DNA from: Macrostomum lignano
Lineage: Eukaryota
Assembly (NCBI GenBank): GCA_002269645.1
Contig: NIVC01001130.1
Location: forward strand, 124,001 to 188,000
Direction of reading: 5' to 3'
Length of the DNA stretch: 64,000 nucleotides
This document shows positions 20,620 to 33,396 of this stretch, one piece after another (position 1 is the stretch's first letter; each line of letters opens with the position of its first letter). The position numbers and the translations under genes were made by a program. The notes beneath the pieces were generated by a model. The model was not told the DNA's origin. It worked only from the letters and a program-made list of their open reading frames with translations, and ran no database searches.

Positions 20620-21330
20620 AGCATAAAGATTATGCCGGCTGACATCCCAGAGGAACCTGGGGCATGACGTGCCGCGGGCGCAGACGGGCAGATGAGCAGG
20701 CTCGCACGCTGCCAGCGGTTTACCTAGCTGCGCAGAGGACTTGTCTGCGTGGCCTTTCCGCTCGATCCGAGCTATCTTCTAGTTGAAGCGCTGCCGACCA
20801 GACCGTTGGCCAGGCCGTACCATTTTTCTACTATGTATACGTCTATACAGATAAGATGATGTACATGTACGTATATTCACTTTCAGTAGAAAAAGTCTTC
20901 CTGGAGAATCAAAAGCCTCGTGAATGTTGTTGTGCGGGAATAAAATTATAAAAAAATCAGTCATATCAGTTTGTGGCACGCAGCTGCTTGAGAGAGCTCA
21001 CGGCTGGGCAGGCCGCGGTGATCGAAAGCGGATCCGGCAGCTGCTGTACATATGTACAACGCTGAGACGCGGACGCTGACGGCTACGCTGGAGCAGCAGT
21101 TGGACTCGGCCGCACTTAGGGCTACTCTGTGCGGCCTTTCGAGCTGACGAGAGCGTCGGGACCGAGGCCCCCTGTACGATCGGGCCAATTAGCTGCATCG
21201 CCCGTCCATCATCATCTTGAGCCGGCAGCGACTTCAATTCTGGCGGCCCAACGTGATCCGGACCGACTGCTATAACTGCCCATAAGCTGTTCAGGACGTC
21301 CTGCTGCTTAACTTTCAGGGTTCGTGCAGG
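20620..21330 (-). pseudogene. Degenerate LINE (CR1/L2/Jockey-type) reverse-transcriptase fragment
   Basis: Frameshifted pieces AVGPDHVGPPELKSL, VP...A...PKCG, ESNC..SVAV and SAFDHRGLPS...CHKLI follow the order of the KAxGPDG/VPxxWKxA/NYRPI/QxAY motifs that precede LINE RT. Many stops; manual alignment only. Confidence 0.5.
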
Positions 21331-21935
21331 TGGGGTCAGGCCCGAACCCGTCGATACGTGGACTGCCTGCTATGCTACGCTGGGGCGCTCGACACTGCAG
21401 ACAACGGCCGGCGGACTTCGTCCGCTCTCAGGCAGCTCTGCAGCGCGCCATCTGACGCGCCCTGATCTAACTGTGACCTTGTATGCGGCGTTGCGTGTTT
21501 TGTTGTTGCTGTTGAACATATGTAATATTAACTACATGCATGTTAATTATGCTTATATTTTTTTGTTATTGTACTTTCATAACAAAATATACGAGCTTAC
21601 AAGTATGATTTTTTCCTGCAATATTCTGCGTATATATTTTCTAATTCCATGCAGCTGTTAATAGAATATATGCACATGCAGTCCTGCAATACATACAATG
21701 CAATTCAGTAGACTGTACAATACATATACACTGCATATATTATGATATGACATAGTTAATAGTGTAATTCTTCGTCCATGTACTGGAAACAAAGCATAAA
21801 ATGACAGCGGCAATTGGTAAAACACTAGTATGCACTTGTATGTAACACATTTATACTTCGTACGTATTTGAATGTAGCATACATGTATGTTCCATGAGGT
21901 TGGCTAGGAAAAGGAATAACTAAAAATCCGATTAT

Positions 21936-24900
21936 CCCAGTGGCAAAGCCGAGCTCGGCCCGAGCTCGGTCCGCCGAGATCGGGCCGAGCTCGGCGGGTT
22001 GACGGCGGTTCTAGCTCGGGCCGACAACCTCGGGCCGAGGTCGGCTGACCGCGGTAATGCCGAGTAGCTTTGCACTATACTTTATTTAGCTTATTATAAA
22101 GCTTATATTGCTTCTTACAGATTGACTACATGTAGGTGCCACTTTCACTTTCTATATAATTTTACTGTACATGTACAATTCGGTATTACATGAAAAAGAA
22201 AAGGTGAATGGGAAAACGACATGACACGAATTGAAACCATCGAGTTAAAGATCCCATGTCATTCCTAGCATGTTAGTGCATTGCAGTGGTAATGTACGCT
22301 CGTATATGAGCCTAGTTATGGTGAGCCTCTAGTATAACTAGTTAATTGATTTCCCCTCGGAATTAGATACATATCCACCAGACTCAGTTCTCTGACCCAA
22401 CAAATATACAACCAACAACCATGTTCAGGATTAAATGATTGTGAAATAAGACAACGATTTAGAACTTAAAATAATTGAATTAAAAGAACACCGCAACAGT
22501 AAATCCACCACAAGCACACTAGTGTATTATCAAATGCTAATAATGATACAAGATTAACTTTCAAACCAATAAGCAAGAAAACAGAGAAAAAGTAGCTAAA
22601 CAGCTGAAAACAGAGGTTGAGTTAAGGGTTGCGATACGGATTTGGTTGAGCATTTATTAACATTATAAACTGTAAAGACTTCACTTTAGATTGTAGAACG
22701 AGACGCTTGATACGAGGAAAGCGACTGCAATTTATATTGTAAATATTGAGCACGATACATTGGGTGTAAGAGGCTTAAGGGTGGAAAGCAAGAGCGGCCA
22801 GAATGCAGAGCGCACATAAGAATGTACAGCGAAATATCGCAGAAGGGAGCACGCAGCGAAACTGGTAAAACACCACCTCAAAACACGGAGTAAAAACAAG
22901 CTAACAAAACAAACAACAATTTGCTCAGTCAAGTCACCACACTCCTCCCCACAAAGATTAAGCGTTAGATAAAAACGGGAATAAAAGACGCAAATCAGTT
23001 TACAGTCCATAGAGGAACAGTCCATAGTCACTGGTAGCGCAGCCGGTCAGGTTAAGCTCTTGCCCTGGTCGAACGTCAAAGTGGCGCCGCAGAGCTCAAC
23101 TCTGGCGCCTGGCCAGGCGTCTCCGCAGGGGCCTCTGGTTGATCGTCAGGCACCTCGGCACATAGCGGTTGCTCAACTTTGGAAGGCGCCGCGCAGGCAC
23201 TTGATTGATCTGCCGATGGACCTCTCGACCATCGTCAAACTGGCAAGAGACACAGCCCTGGAGCAGTCGGTCAGAACAGCAGGCTTCCAGCTGCCATCAG
23301 CAGCAAAGTCCCTCGCAACGACTGCGTTGCCCATCTCAATGTGGTGGTCATGGGCATGGGTGTCGTGCTGCTGCTTCTGGATCGCTTGTGGGGAGGCTTA
23401 GAATCTCGCCCCATTTTCTCAGAGTGTTGTATCTAGAACATCAAGGGGGTTAGAATTGAAGCCATATGATGAAAAAGTAAAAAAATTGATGTGCAAAACT
23501 TTGCAGTGCAAAACTGATGCCAAATATGGCATAGGGCCCTAGTATATAAAAATAGCATCAATATCTAGTCTATGGTGAAAAAATAAAGTAAAAACCTATA
23601 ATAGTAAAATAAGTATACTATAGTTATACTAAAAAGTCATTAGAAAAACAATATAGTATAATATGAATACTATGAATCTATTCAAAAGAGTAAAAAATTG
23701 GCATATATAGCAAAATTACATTAAATTGCCTGCCATAAAATGCACAATTGGCATTATATCCTGGCCTATAGTACATAAACAATGTCTTAAATTAACTGAT
23801 TGTATGTAATTCATGATGGCATTGCCATAGACAAATAAAAAATAAGAAGCTAGACCTAATATAGTAGGGATAAAAATATCATAGGAGCCTAAAAATCTGG
23901 CTTTATTTAGGCCATTTTAGACTTTTCAAATCACAGGATTTATGACCTAAGCTAGATATCATTCCTACAGTTAAGTTATGGTAACTCCTATTGCAATCCT
24001 ATACTTTTCAACATTTTATCATGAAAATATGCTTTTTGTAGATATTTATTCACTTTTAACTCCTAGATAACTATTTGATGGCCATTCTGAAAATAGCTGG
24101 TGAATTGCCATCGTAATATGTCTAATTATCATTAATGAAAACATATTTCATACGCCTATTCATAAATTGTAAGCAAATCTTCATTAAACCCAAAAAAAGC
24201 AAGTTTACATTGCATTACAGTGTAGCTATAGTTCAATTAGTTACGGCTTAACTGTAAGACTAAGTATGTCTCTGGAATTTTTGCCGAAACATCTAAATGC
24301 TTCCAAAGAACGTGTAATAAAAATAATAACTAAGAAGCTAAATGAATTGCCACGTTAAAAAGAGCCAAACACTGTTTACAATTGACTTGACCTGCACGGG
24401 AGCAATATATTCAAATGAATGGCAAAAAATGAGCAACAATTACGCATTAGGTAAATTCTAAAGCAGTTAATTATTTATTTATATTTTTACTAACGAAGCT
24501 ATGTTCTTTTATCTGGTAAATTACTCATATATATAATTGTTAAAATCCAGTACTTCGAATTTTCCGTACCTATAACGCATGCATTTCATGGTCGTCTCGA
24601 AGGAGAATAAATCCATAAAAGTCAAATCACCTACTCAACGAGGAAACTAATTCAGTAAAAACACAATTAGTATGTGTAAAAAGCACATTACACCACTTTG
24701 GTGGATCAAAAGTGCTGTATTATTGCGTTGTTTTTGTTCATTGCAAAAGAGTCACTTTTTCAGTGTAAATTATTCATCTATATTTATGCGGTGTTCTTTT
24801 TTAATCATATCGAATTCATTAGCGTAGGTAAATTCTGCTTAATTGATTAAAACTTTTAATCGGTTAACGGCGCGGCACCCCGAGGTTCTACCGAGTTCGG

Positions 24901-24994
24901 GCCGACGTCGGCTGGCCGACTTTAGTATGGCCGATCGAATGCCGAGTGGCCGACGTCGGCCCGAGCTCGGACCGAGCTCGGCTTTGCCACTGGG
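21936..24994. mobile_element. ~3.06 kb non-autonomous TIR element, EnSpm/CMC-like
   Basis: TIR CCCAGTGGCAAAGCCGAGCTCGG.CCGAGCTCGG at both ends in inverted orientation, with clustered subterminal CCGAGCTCGG-like palindromes. TSD is not clean (AT vs TA). Confidence 0.72.
22930..23390 (-). pseudogene. 3' remnant of a Gypsy pol (integrase C-terminus), PPT and start of an LTR, nested in the TIR element
   Basis: MGNAVVARDFAADGSWKPAV... then L*RSTRARA*PDRLRYQ*, typical of the Gypsy pol tail RRSTRxRxxPDRL. Minus-strand GTGGGGAGGAG is followed by TGTGGTG at ~22945. Confidence 0.65.
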
Positions 24995-25496
24995 TAATAT
25001 CTGCTGCACGTATTTTACCGATGGTTCTGTCTATTTTCGTCTACAGCCACTCATGAGGGGAGGGGGGTAAGTTAATTGTACAGTTAAGCAGTAGAGAAAT
25101 GTACAGGAGGGCAGCTGTGTACACTTTAAGGGATTGTGCTTGAGAGAATGTAAGGAATGTGCATAAAAAATGTTGTTGCGAGTACTCTTGATACACACAG
25201 TATATTCATGCCTGCCCGCAGCCCTCTCCCCCCACGTGTGCACTAGCGCCTGCACCGCATATATCATGACAGGAAAAGAAAGAGCTGTAGTGCGCGTCAA
25301 GTTTTTGTTTACCCAAATCGTAAATGCTAGCGAAATACAGCGGCAAATTGTAGCGCATGAGTTTTTACATGCAGTTCTCTACGCTTTTGTTTTTATCTAT
25401 CTGACACCCGGACGTTGTCCTCCTTTACTAAAAAATCATTACGCACAGACCTGTCCAGAATTTGAACTTGAAACGACCACGCCCAATAGCAAAAAC

Positions 25497-28400
25497 ATGC
25501 CACGCCCGCACCGTTTCAAAGAGTCGTCATCGGCGCCACAGTCGACGGACTTGCTGGCCTGCGCTTTCTTGTCCGACAGGCAGCTGGAGGAGCGCATGGT
25601 AGAGATGCGACGGTGCATTGTGAACCTGCGCCAGCGCTGGGACTCAGACAGGCAGCAGCAGGCCAAGCTGCTGCTGCGATGGCTGGAGACCGAGGCAGAG
25701 AATCGGCCACAGGCGGAAGCTCCACCGGAGTCCGAATGGCCACTAGTTTTGAATCGGTGGCGCGACATCCTTGCCGTTGATAGAAACTGGGCCGACCTGC
25801 GCGACGACAGCGAAGAATTCTTGAAGCAGTTTCGGTTGCTGGCGAATGAGCAGCTTCGGCAGCAGTTCTCTGTGCTGCGGGAGTACACTGATAATATTAC
25901 CTATTCGCTTGTGTTTCGCAAGGTGCTGCAGGTAAGTTTCATCCCTACCGAATCAATAGTTCCCAGCCAGTGGACAACAAAAATACTCGTACAAGGACGT
26001 TGCACTAGAAATCCAGACTATTATTTTAGTCAGTTTTAATAGCTAAATTTACTAGCAAGCTAAAAAGTAGAAGCCTTTTAGAACTAAAAATGACTATAAC
26101 CGGACCGGTTCAAGAACTTCTTGGAGCAATTATATGCTTTTTGTCGATCTATCGATTCAGAGGTGGATTCGCAAAGACAATTTCTTATCTGTAGCGTTTT
26201 TGCTGTAGCGGCTTTGTTGTTTTTGGTACTTTTGTTCCTTTGCAAGCCGGCTGTTCATTTTGTCTATGCCCATTCTTTAGTTGTACTTTCATCCTCTAAT
26301 TTTAATTTAATTTGTCCATTGTTCAATCCAACGTACAGGCCCACCCAAGCTATATTATAAGCCTTAAATCAATCACAAATCTGATATATCAAGGCTTAAG
26401 AGAAAAATTGCCGAGATGTCAAGGTTCATGGAAGGCAAATAAACATCGGGGATAGCTGAGATGCCAATGGTCAATTGGGAGTTGTTGGTAGGCCAAACAT
26501 CAAAGACAGAGTGAGAGTTAAGCCATGGCGTAAAGGGAGTCTTTGATGTCAAAGTCCAAGGGGATGCTGATATCTTAGACTAGATAGCTCCAACCTCAAA
26601 TACTGAAGTATGGTCTATATTATCTCTAATCATCACTCTCTAACCATCAGGCCTTCCGAACAAGGGAAAACTCTGAGGCTGAGCTCATGGTGTACGTCTA
26701 TCTAATAGAGCTTATAAATATCGATTTGTTCAATTACACACAATGCGGCTTGGCGCCGTCCTGCGAGAGGAGCTGCGTCTATCGCGGCCTCACAATGTCC
26801 AGCGATCACTGGCTGAGCTTTAAACGCGTGTTCAGCCAGCCAGTCAATGCCCGATTCGTTGCCGTTCCGCTGGCGCTGACTTCGGCCAGCCGCAGCATCG
26901 ACGTAGCGATGCAGTTCATGCTGAAGGAGTCCGCTAAGAACTCAACTGATTCAACTGGTGCAGGTAAGCAACGGTTACAGGTCGACTAAAAAAAGAAAAT
27001 TTATCCGTTTAACTAAAATTAATGAAGGAGAAAACTGTCCGATAAGAGAGCCGGCATCTTACTCGTAATTACTCGTAATTTGATTGCTCAATTCGCCGCA
27101 AGGTCCGCAAAGCGCCGACTCGGATGTGCCCTGCCTGCAGGCGATTCACGTGATTGGCGTGCCCGACCGGCTGATGGAGCTGTATCGGCGGCGCTTTCCC
27201 CAGAGTGTAGTGAGCACCATCTGTGCCGTGGACGTGGCTGGTGTGTCCGCTCACCCGGAGGAGCAGGAGGTCCTGCTCCGCGGTGCCTTCTACCAACTGT
27301 TGGGCATGCAGGTAAGTGAGATGTTTGTGTTACATGTACATTTAAAAGTAAAAACACGCCATACAAAGGAAAAAACATATTCAAGAAGCGTCAGATTTTA
27401 AGCAGACAGTCCACGTATCGATGGGTTCCGCCCTGGGTCTGACTTGTAGGCCAAGAACTTGCGGGACGTCTCAAAGAAGATTAGAGATACGTTCATTTCG
27501 GCGAAATTTTTTCTAATAAACTTTAATTTTTGTTGCAGATCATGCATGCATGCCTTCCTTATACACAATGTAAGTTTATAAAATACTTCAGTTCGGAATC
27601 AACAATGCTTTGAAGCAGCAAGAGCTGAGGGGCTGAAACAGCTCACTCTTTATTTGAGAAAGTTCCAAAGGTGTCACCACGGACATTTGTCGACTGGCTT
27701 GTGATTGACGTCGACAGCGCATCGAATTTTGAGAGAAGATCTTTTGAGGGAAGAAATCTCTAAGAAGTCAGCCGGTCCATATTGACCAAGTCATCTGGCA
27801 TTGGGACAACACCAAGCCTCACACAGCTGCAGAATCTTAGAATGACATGGAGAAGCGAGGTATACGAAGGCTGCTGCACCAGGCCCCCGTACAGCTCAGC
27901 TTTGAACCTTTTTGACCGCTTCCTGTTTTCCTGGTTGAACAGCGATATTTCCGGGATCACACTGAAGGTGCAAGAGGCGAAATTGCAAAGGGCAAGGGAC
28001 TTGTAGATTGCAAAACTTCAACAGGTTGCACCGACTTACCCGTACAGCGTATTGCGTCGTTATCCGTCGATATAATGAAAAAAGCACATATTTGTTTGTC
28101 ATCGCCAGGAATGTCAAGCAGAAGTCGCAACCGTCGGGTTGCTGTCACGGACTACTTAAGTGTCGTTTAAGTACTTAAGTAGTCAGTGATTGCTGTACGG
28201 GTTAGGGATCACAGTGACGCTTTGATTCAATGCCAAAGAGATTATGTTACGTTATGTTATGTTTTGCTGCAGCAGTTTCATTTGTTGAAGTTTTAATAAC
28301 TTTGGTACAAATTTGAGAAACATTGTAAAAGCCGAAAGTTACGAGTATCGAAAGCCTAACAGCGTGACGTAGCTACATCATTTTTTGACGTAGCTACAGT

Positions 28401-29004
28401 TTTAAGCTCGCATCTGAACTTCATTGATGGAAACAAGATGAGTGTAATTTTTATACGCTTAGCAATTTGAAACGTCATGCGCTAGGTTTACAGTCTGTTC
28501 CACACGCAGCCCATAGAGCGGCTCACATTTCCTCTATATTAGCTCTACGGGTCCAAGTTTGCTCAGATGCTCAAAAAATGTGTATGAAGCATGTTCTGGT
28601 GAATTAATTTAAAAACGATATCGGGGAAATACATGCATCTGTGTGAAGATATATATAGGAGCATCATTGCTATTTTTCTCCATCTCACCTCGTTACAGGA
28701 GTCGCAGCAGCTTCGCATCAGTGCAGGTGGAGAATCACCCGGAACTGAACCGCGACAACTGCAGTTGGTGACGGCCAACATCCTGGAAATTCTAATGGTG
28801 AATGCTAATCGCGATCATCTGAGCAACGGTCGCCTAGGAGACCAGGACGCCCCAGCTCGAGCCCTGTTCGCCACCATAGTTAGGATAGCCCGCTACGAGT
28901 ACTGCCTGCGCATCTGCAGAGAGCGCGGACTGGCGACAGACGAGAGTCAGTATGCGGCTGCCCTGAGCCAAGCGGAGTCGGAGCTGCAAAAGCTTCTGGC
29001 TTAA
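25497..29004 (+). CDS. Four-exon gene, ~420 aa, with an R-S-E type (C2/C3/ARTC-like) mono-ADP-ribosyltransferase domain
   Basis: Exons 25497-25931, 26651-26963, 27103-27311 and 28699-29004 join in frame (1263 nt) with GTAAG donors. Motifs in canonical order: EYTDNITYSLVFRKVLQAFR, VYRG (R at 26783), LTSASRSIDVAMQF (26879-), SAHPEEQEVLL (E-x-E at 27261/27267). The start may extend to the acceptor at 25448. Confidence 0.8.
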
Positions 29005-30984
29005 ACAACAGACTTCTCTGCTCTTGCATGGAGTCAACTGGACTTTTCAAATATCCAGATTCACTTTTGCTATTCCAAAGACACATAACTGCAATAACAA
29101 TAAATTAAATAACTAATAAAAACACACATTTAAGATCAGAGTTCCGTCACAACTTTATTTTTTTAGCACACGAAATTTCTTGTGATCGATCGAAGTGTAT
29201 CGACGGACATTGGACGCATTATGTCACCTACTTGGAAATTATTATTATAGAATTTTATCCAGTGGCGGCGCAGTATCTCTAATGGGGGCGGCGGTTGGGA
29301 AGTCACGCAGAATTTTGACAAGTTACGAGCTACAAGCTCTGACAAGTGACAAGCGAGAGGTGATGCGTGCTTGTTACGAGCGGTTTGTTTCATAGGCATC
29401 ACTTCATGAGAAGTGAATAGCACTTGATTCTCGACAAGTTTGAGTAGTTTAGAGAAGTTTGGCAGCAATTCGCGAATAACTATCAATGAAACTAGCAGAT
29501 TTTCCCAGTACTTTCAATTTGCATGTTCTATTTGGCTTACGGACGTTTCCCCTCCGGCATTTCTTCTCCAGAGATTTTCTGAAAATGGAAAAGCCCATTG
29601 GCAAGATCACTCTGACGGGAACGCTCTGGCAGAAGCACTTTAGCAAAAGGACTTAATGGGAGCACTTTGGCGAAAGCACTTAGGTTTGAGAACTTTGGCA
29701 GGGGAAATCTGCTCCACATGTCGTTGTAATAATATTGTCGTTTTAATAGTACTGTCGTTTTAATGATATAATCGTTTTAATATTACTATCGCTTTAATAT
29801 TACTATCGCTTAATACAATAATATATAATATCAGTCGGTTTAAAAATACTGTTTTTCCTTCTCTAACGATAAGTATTTAATAATACTGATTATTCTGTTC
29901 TCTGATTTTTTGGGTTCCTGTCCTCTCGTTATTTTGTTTCCTCGTTCATTAAGGCGTCCGTCACTCCGTCGTTAGATTTATTGACACATTATTGGATATT
30001 TAACTTACTTTTTAGCAAGAAAAGCAGATGGACGTGTTCGTCTTGCCCTCAATCAGCCAGCCCCCACAGTTCTTACTCACTAAAACCGAGTTTCCAGTCT
30101 CTTCTTATCTATTTTATGGGTAAATTTATATCGCAGAAGTCACTGCTTGAACTCAGTTGATTTTAAGATTTCAAGAGTTATAGCAGTTCTAGCATTATGA
30201 CAGTAAAAGAAGCTATCGAACCATTCGAGCCAAACAAGTTTGTAAATTTATTATAATTTCGAAGTTCAAAACAGCTACAGGCAAATTTGCTGCCAGATAA
30301 AACAACACCCGCACACAGAGACAGAGAGGGATTGATCAGGTGAGCAGAATAGAACAAAGCAACTTGACAAAGAAACAACTAATTAGCTAGCTGTGCAGTT
30401 AAGCAGAAAAACATATGCTACCAGTTTAAAGTAAACTGGACAAACTTAGCAAACTTGCGAAAGCGTGCAACATAAGATTAACAAAGCAAAACAATAATGT
30501 TGGGACGCAAAAAGGCTGAATATGGTTTCCGTTTCTAAATAGGCCTCTCATTATTGGGATTAAATAATCAGCAGAATAAAACCAAATTACCTGTAGATAA
30601 TAGACCAAAGGTGAATATTTGGAATTAATCGAACACAAGGCTAAACTTAACTACTTATGTAAGTAGACACGCAGGTGATAATGTTGCAGTTGACAGACAG
30701 ACGCGCTGGCAATACGACCATGCAGATGCTGTGTAAAGCACTAGTATGCAAATAATGTACTTTCTTTACTTAAGTCTACGCCAGCTGCCATCGTTATGTG
30801 CTGTGTATGTGCGCAGGTTATAAATAAACTTATATTACTCAATGTGATGAGCAGTGCCGAAAAAGATTAGGCCGCAAAAATTCCAAATAAAACAAAATAA
30901 ATCTAAAAATTCTTTTACAATCCAACATTTACTGGTATCAAAGTATTCTTTAATTCTAGAGCAAGTCAGCTGACACTTTAAAGT

Positions 30985-31785
30985 GTCAGACTGGAGCCAC
31001 ACTGACACCCTGACAGATGGTCAGACTGGAGCCACACTGACACCCTGACAGATGGTCAGACTGGAGCCACACTGACACCCTGACAGATGGTCAGACTGGA
31101 GCCACACTGACACCCTGACAGATGGTCAGACTGGAGCCACACTGACACCCTGACAGATGATCAGACTGGAGCCACACTGACACCCTGACAGATGGTCAGA
31201 CTGGAGCCACACTGACACCCTGACAGATGGTCAGACTGGAGCCACACTGACACCCTGACAGATGATCAGACTGGAGCCACACTGACACCCTGACAGATGG
31301 TCAGACTGGAGCCACACTGACACCCTGACAGATGGTCAGACTGGAGCCACACTGACACTCTGACAGATGGTCAGACTGGAGTCATACTGACACCCTGACA
31401 GATGGTCAGACTGAAGTCATACTGACACCCTGACAGATGGTCAGACTGAAGTCATACTGACACCCTGACTGGGGGTCAGACTGGAGCCATACTGACAACC
31501 TGACTGGGGGTCAGACCAGACTGGAGCCACACTGACACCCTGACTGGTGGTCAGGCGGGAGCCACACTGACACCCTGACTAGGGGTCAGACAGCAGCCAC
31601 ACTGACACCCTGACTGGTGGTCAGGCGGGAGCCACACTGACACCCTGACTGGGGTCAGACAGCAGCCACACTGACACCCTGACTGGGGGTCAGACAGCAG
31701 CCACACTGACACCCTGACTGGGGGTCAGACAGCAGCCACACTGACACCCTGACTGGGGTCAGACAGCAGCCAGACTGACACTCTG
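30985..31785. repeat. 35-bp minisatellite, array 1
   Basis: Unit TCAGACTGGAGCCACACTGACACCCTGACAGATGG, diverging toward the 3' end. Confidence 0.95.
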
Positions 31786-32629
31786 TCATCAACATAAGCA
31801 AACCGAAAAATAACAAAGTGTTACCGGGTAAACAGAAGAGAATAGAAGGAACAAAAAAATTCAGTTTCAAATTGGATAAATTTTCAACAGTTTTTGTACA
31901 AACGTTAACAATAGAACAGCCTATTACGAATAGCAAATAAACATTAGAGAACAAAGAAAAACTACACAATATATGAATAATATATATGTACATATCTATA
32001 TACAACAGTAGATAAAGTTGAAATAAATATGGTAAGCCACTGCTACAGAGCCCCGAATAAATTCTATGCTTGAGACAGTACAAAAATTAAAGCGAATATA
32101 TACGTTAAATTAAATCTTATATTTAAAGCAAGTGCAGTAAGAGCTGCCAATATAGAACTGAGTCAAAAAAATCTTTCTATAAGACTGGGCCACAAGCAAT
32201 TAACAATATGATTGGGTGTAAATAAACAATTCCTATTGTAGACTGATATGAGACTCGGGGGGAGGGGTTTTCCTGCGCATATAAAGTACACATAATCATA
32301 CATATACAGGACAAAAAAAGGGCCACCCACTCATATAGTAAACTGTGCCTGCTAATATTTGTTAAGGTAAAGTGACACGGATAAATGGATAGAACAGCGG
32401 TACACGACGCCTCTCAACTGGATGAGTGCTCACTCTACTGTATGGAAGTTGAGAATTGTTTGAGTTCTTAATCTCAGAAAGATATTACCGATCATTTATA
32501 GCTGGTAGCTAAGGCAAATAAATATTAAAAAAATATTTGATTATTCTTGTGCTACGCGGAAGACATCTGGTGTTAATTTCATTTGAGCCACTGTTTAAAC
32601 CAGGAATTCTAATTCATCATGCACCGATA

Positions 32630-33210
32630 CCCCAGATGGTCAGACTGGAGCCACACTGACACCCTGACAGATGGTCAGACTGGAGCCACACTGACACCCC
32701 TGATGGTCAGACTGGAGCCACACTGACACCCTGACAGATGGTCAGACTGGAGCCATACTGACACCCTGACAGATGGTTAGACTGGAGCCATACTGACACC
32801 CTGACAGATGGTCAGACTGGAGCCATACTGACACCCAGATGGTCAGACCGGAGCCATACTGACACCCTGACAGATGGTCAGACTGGAGCCACACTGACAC
32901 CCTGACAGATGGTCAGACTGGAGCCATACTGACACCCTGACAGATGGTTAGACTGGAGCCATACTGACACCCTGACAGATGGTCAGACTGGAGCCATACT
33001 GACACCCCAGATGGTCAGACCGGAGCCATACTGACACCCTGACAGATGGTCAGACTGGAGCCACACTGACACCCTGACAGATGGTCAGACTGGAGCCATA
33101 CTGACACCCTGACAGATGGTTAGACTGGAGCCATACTGACACCCTGACAGATGGTCAGACTGGAGCCATACTGACACCCCAGATGGTCAGACCGGAGCCA
33201 TACTGACACA
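32630..33210. repeat. 35-bp minisatellite, array 2 (same family)
   Basis: Same unit as 30985-31785, with a shorter variant recurring about every 5 units. Confidence 0.95.
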
Positions 33211-33396
33211 GTCTTGATTTTTCCTAATCGAAACTAAAATAGTCGTTAAATAATTTGACGCTTTTGAAGAGTTCTGCGTCCATTAGATTAAAGGACTTAC
33301 GTTTTTTTCCGAGCGAAGCAAACAAACTCTAAAAGCATTTCCCTTTAGCATTCGATTCCCCCTTTGGTTTCTTAAATGTTGCAGATATTAATATTA

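Noticed and set aside
25497-29004. ART gene as bacterial contamination or a fresh horizontal transfer
   Set aside because: It has three canonical spliceosomal introns and host-like exon composition; ancient transfer remains possible but cannot be shown here.
29163-29486. RELLPNFSKLLKLV resembling a hAT dimerisation domain
   Set aside because: The following diagnostic ERxFS motif is absent in all frames I checked; likely chance.
30985-33210. CRISPR-like appearance of the 31-35 bp arrays (also 2120-2940, 61125-62445)
   Set aside because: Units are head-to-tail with no unique spacers, no cas genes, and the context is eukaryotic.
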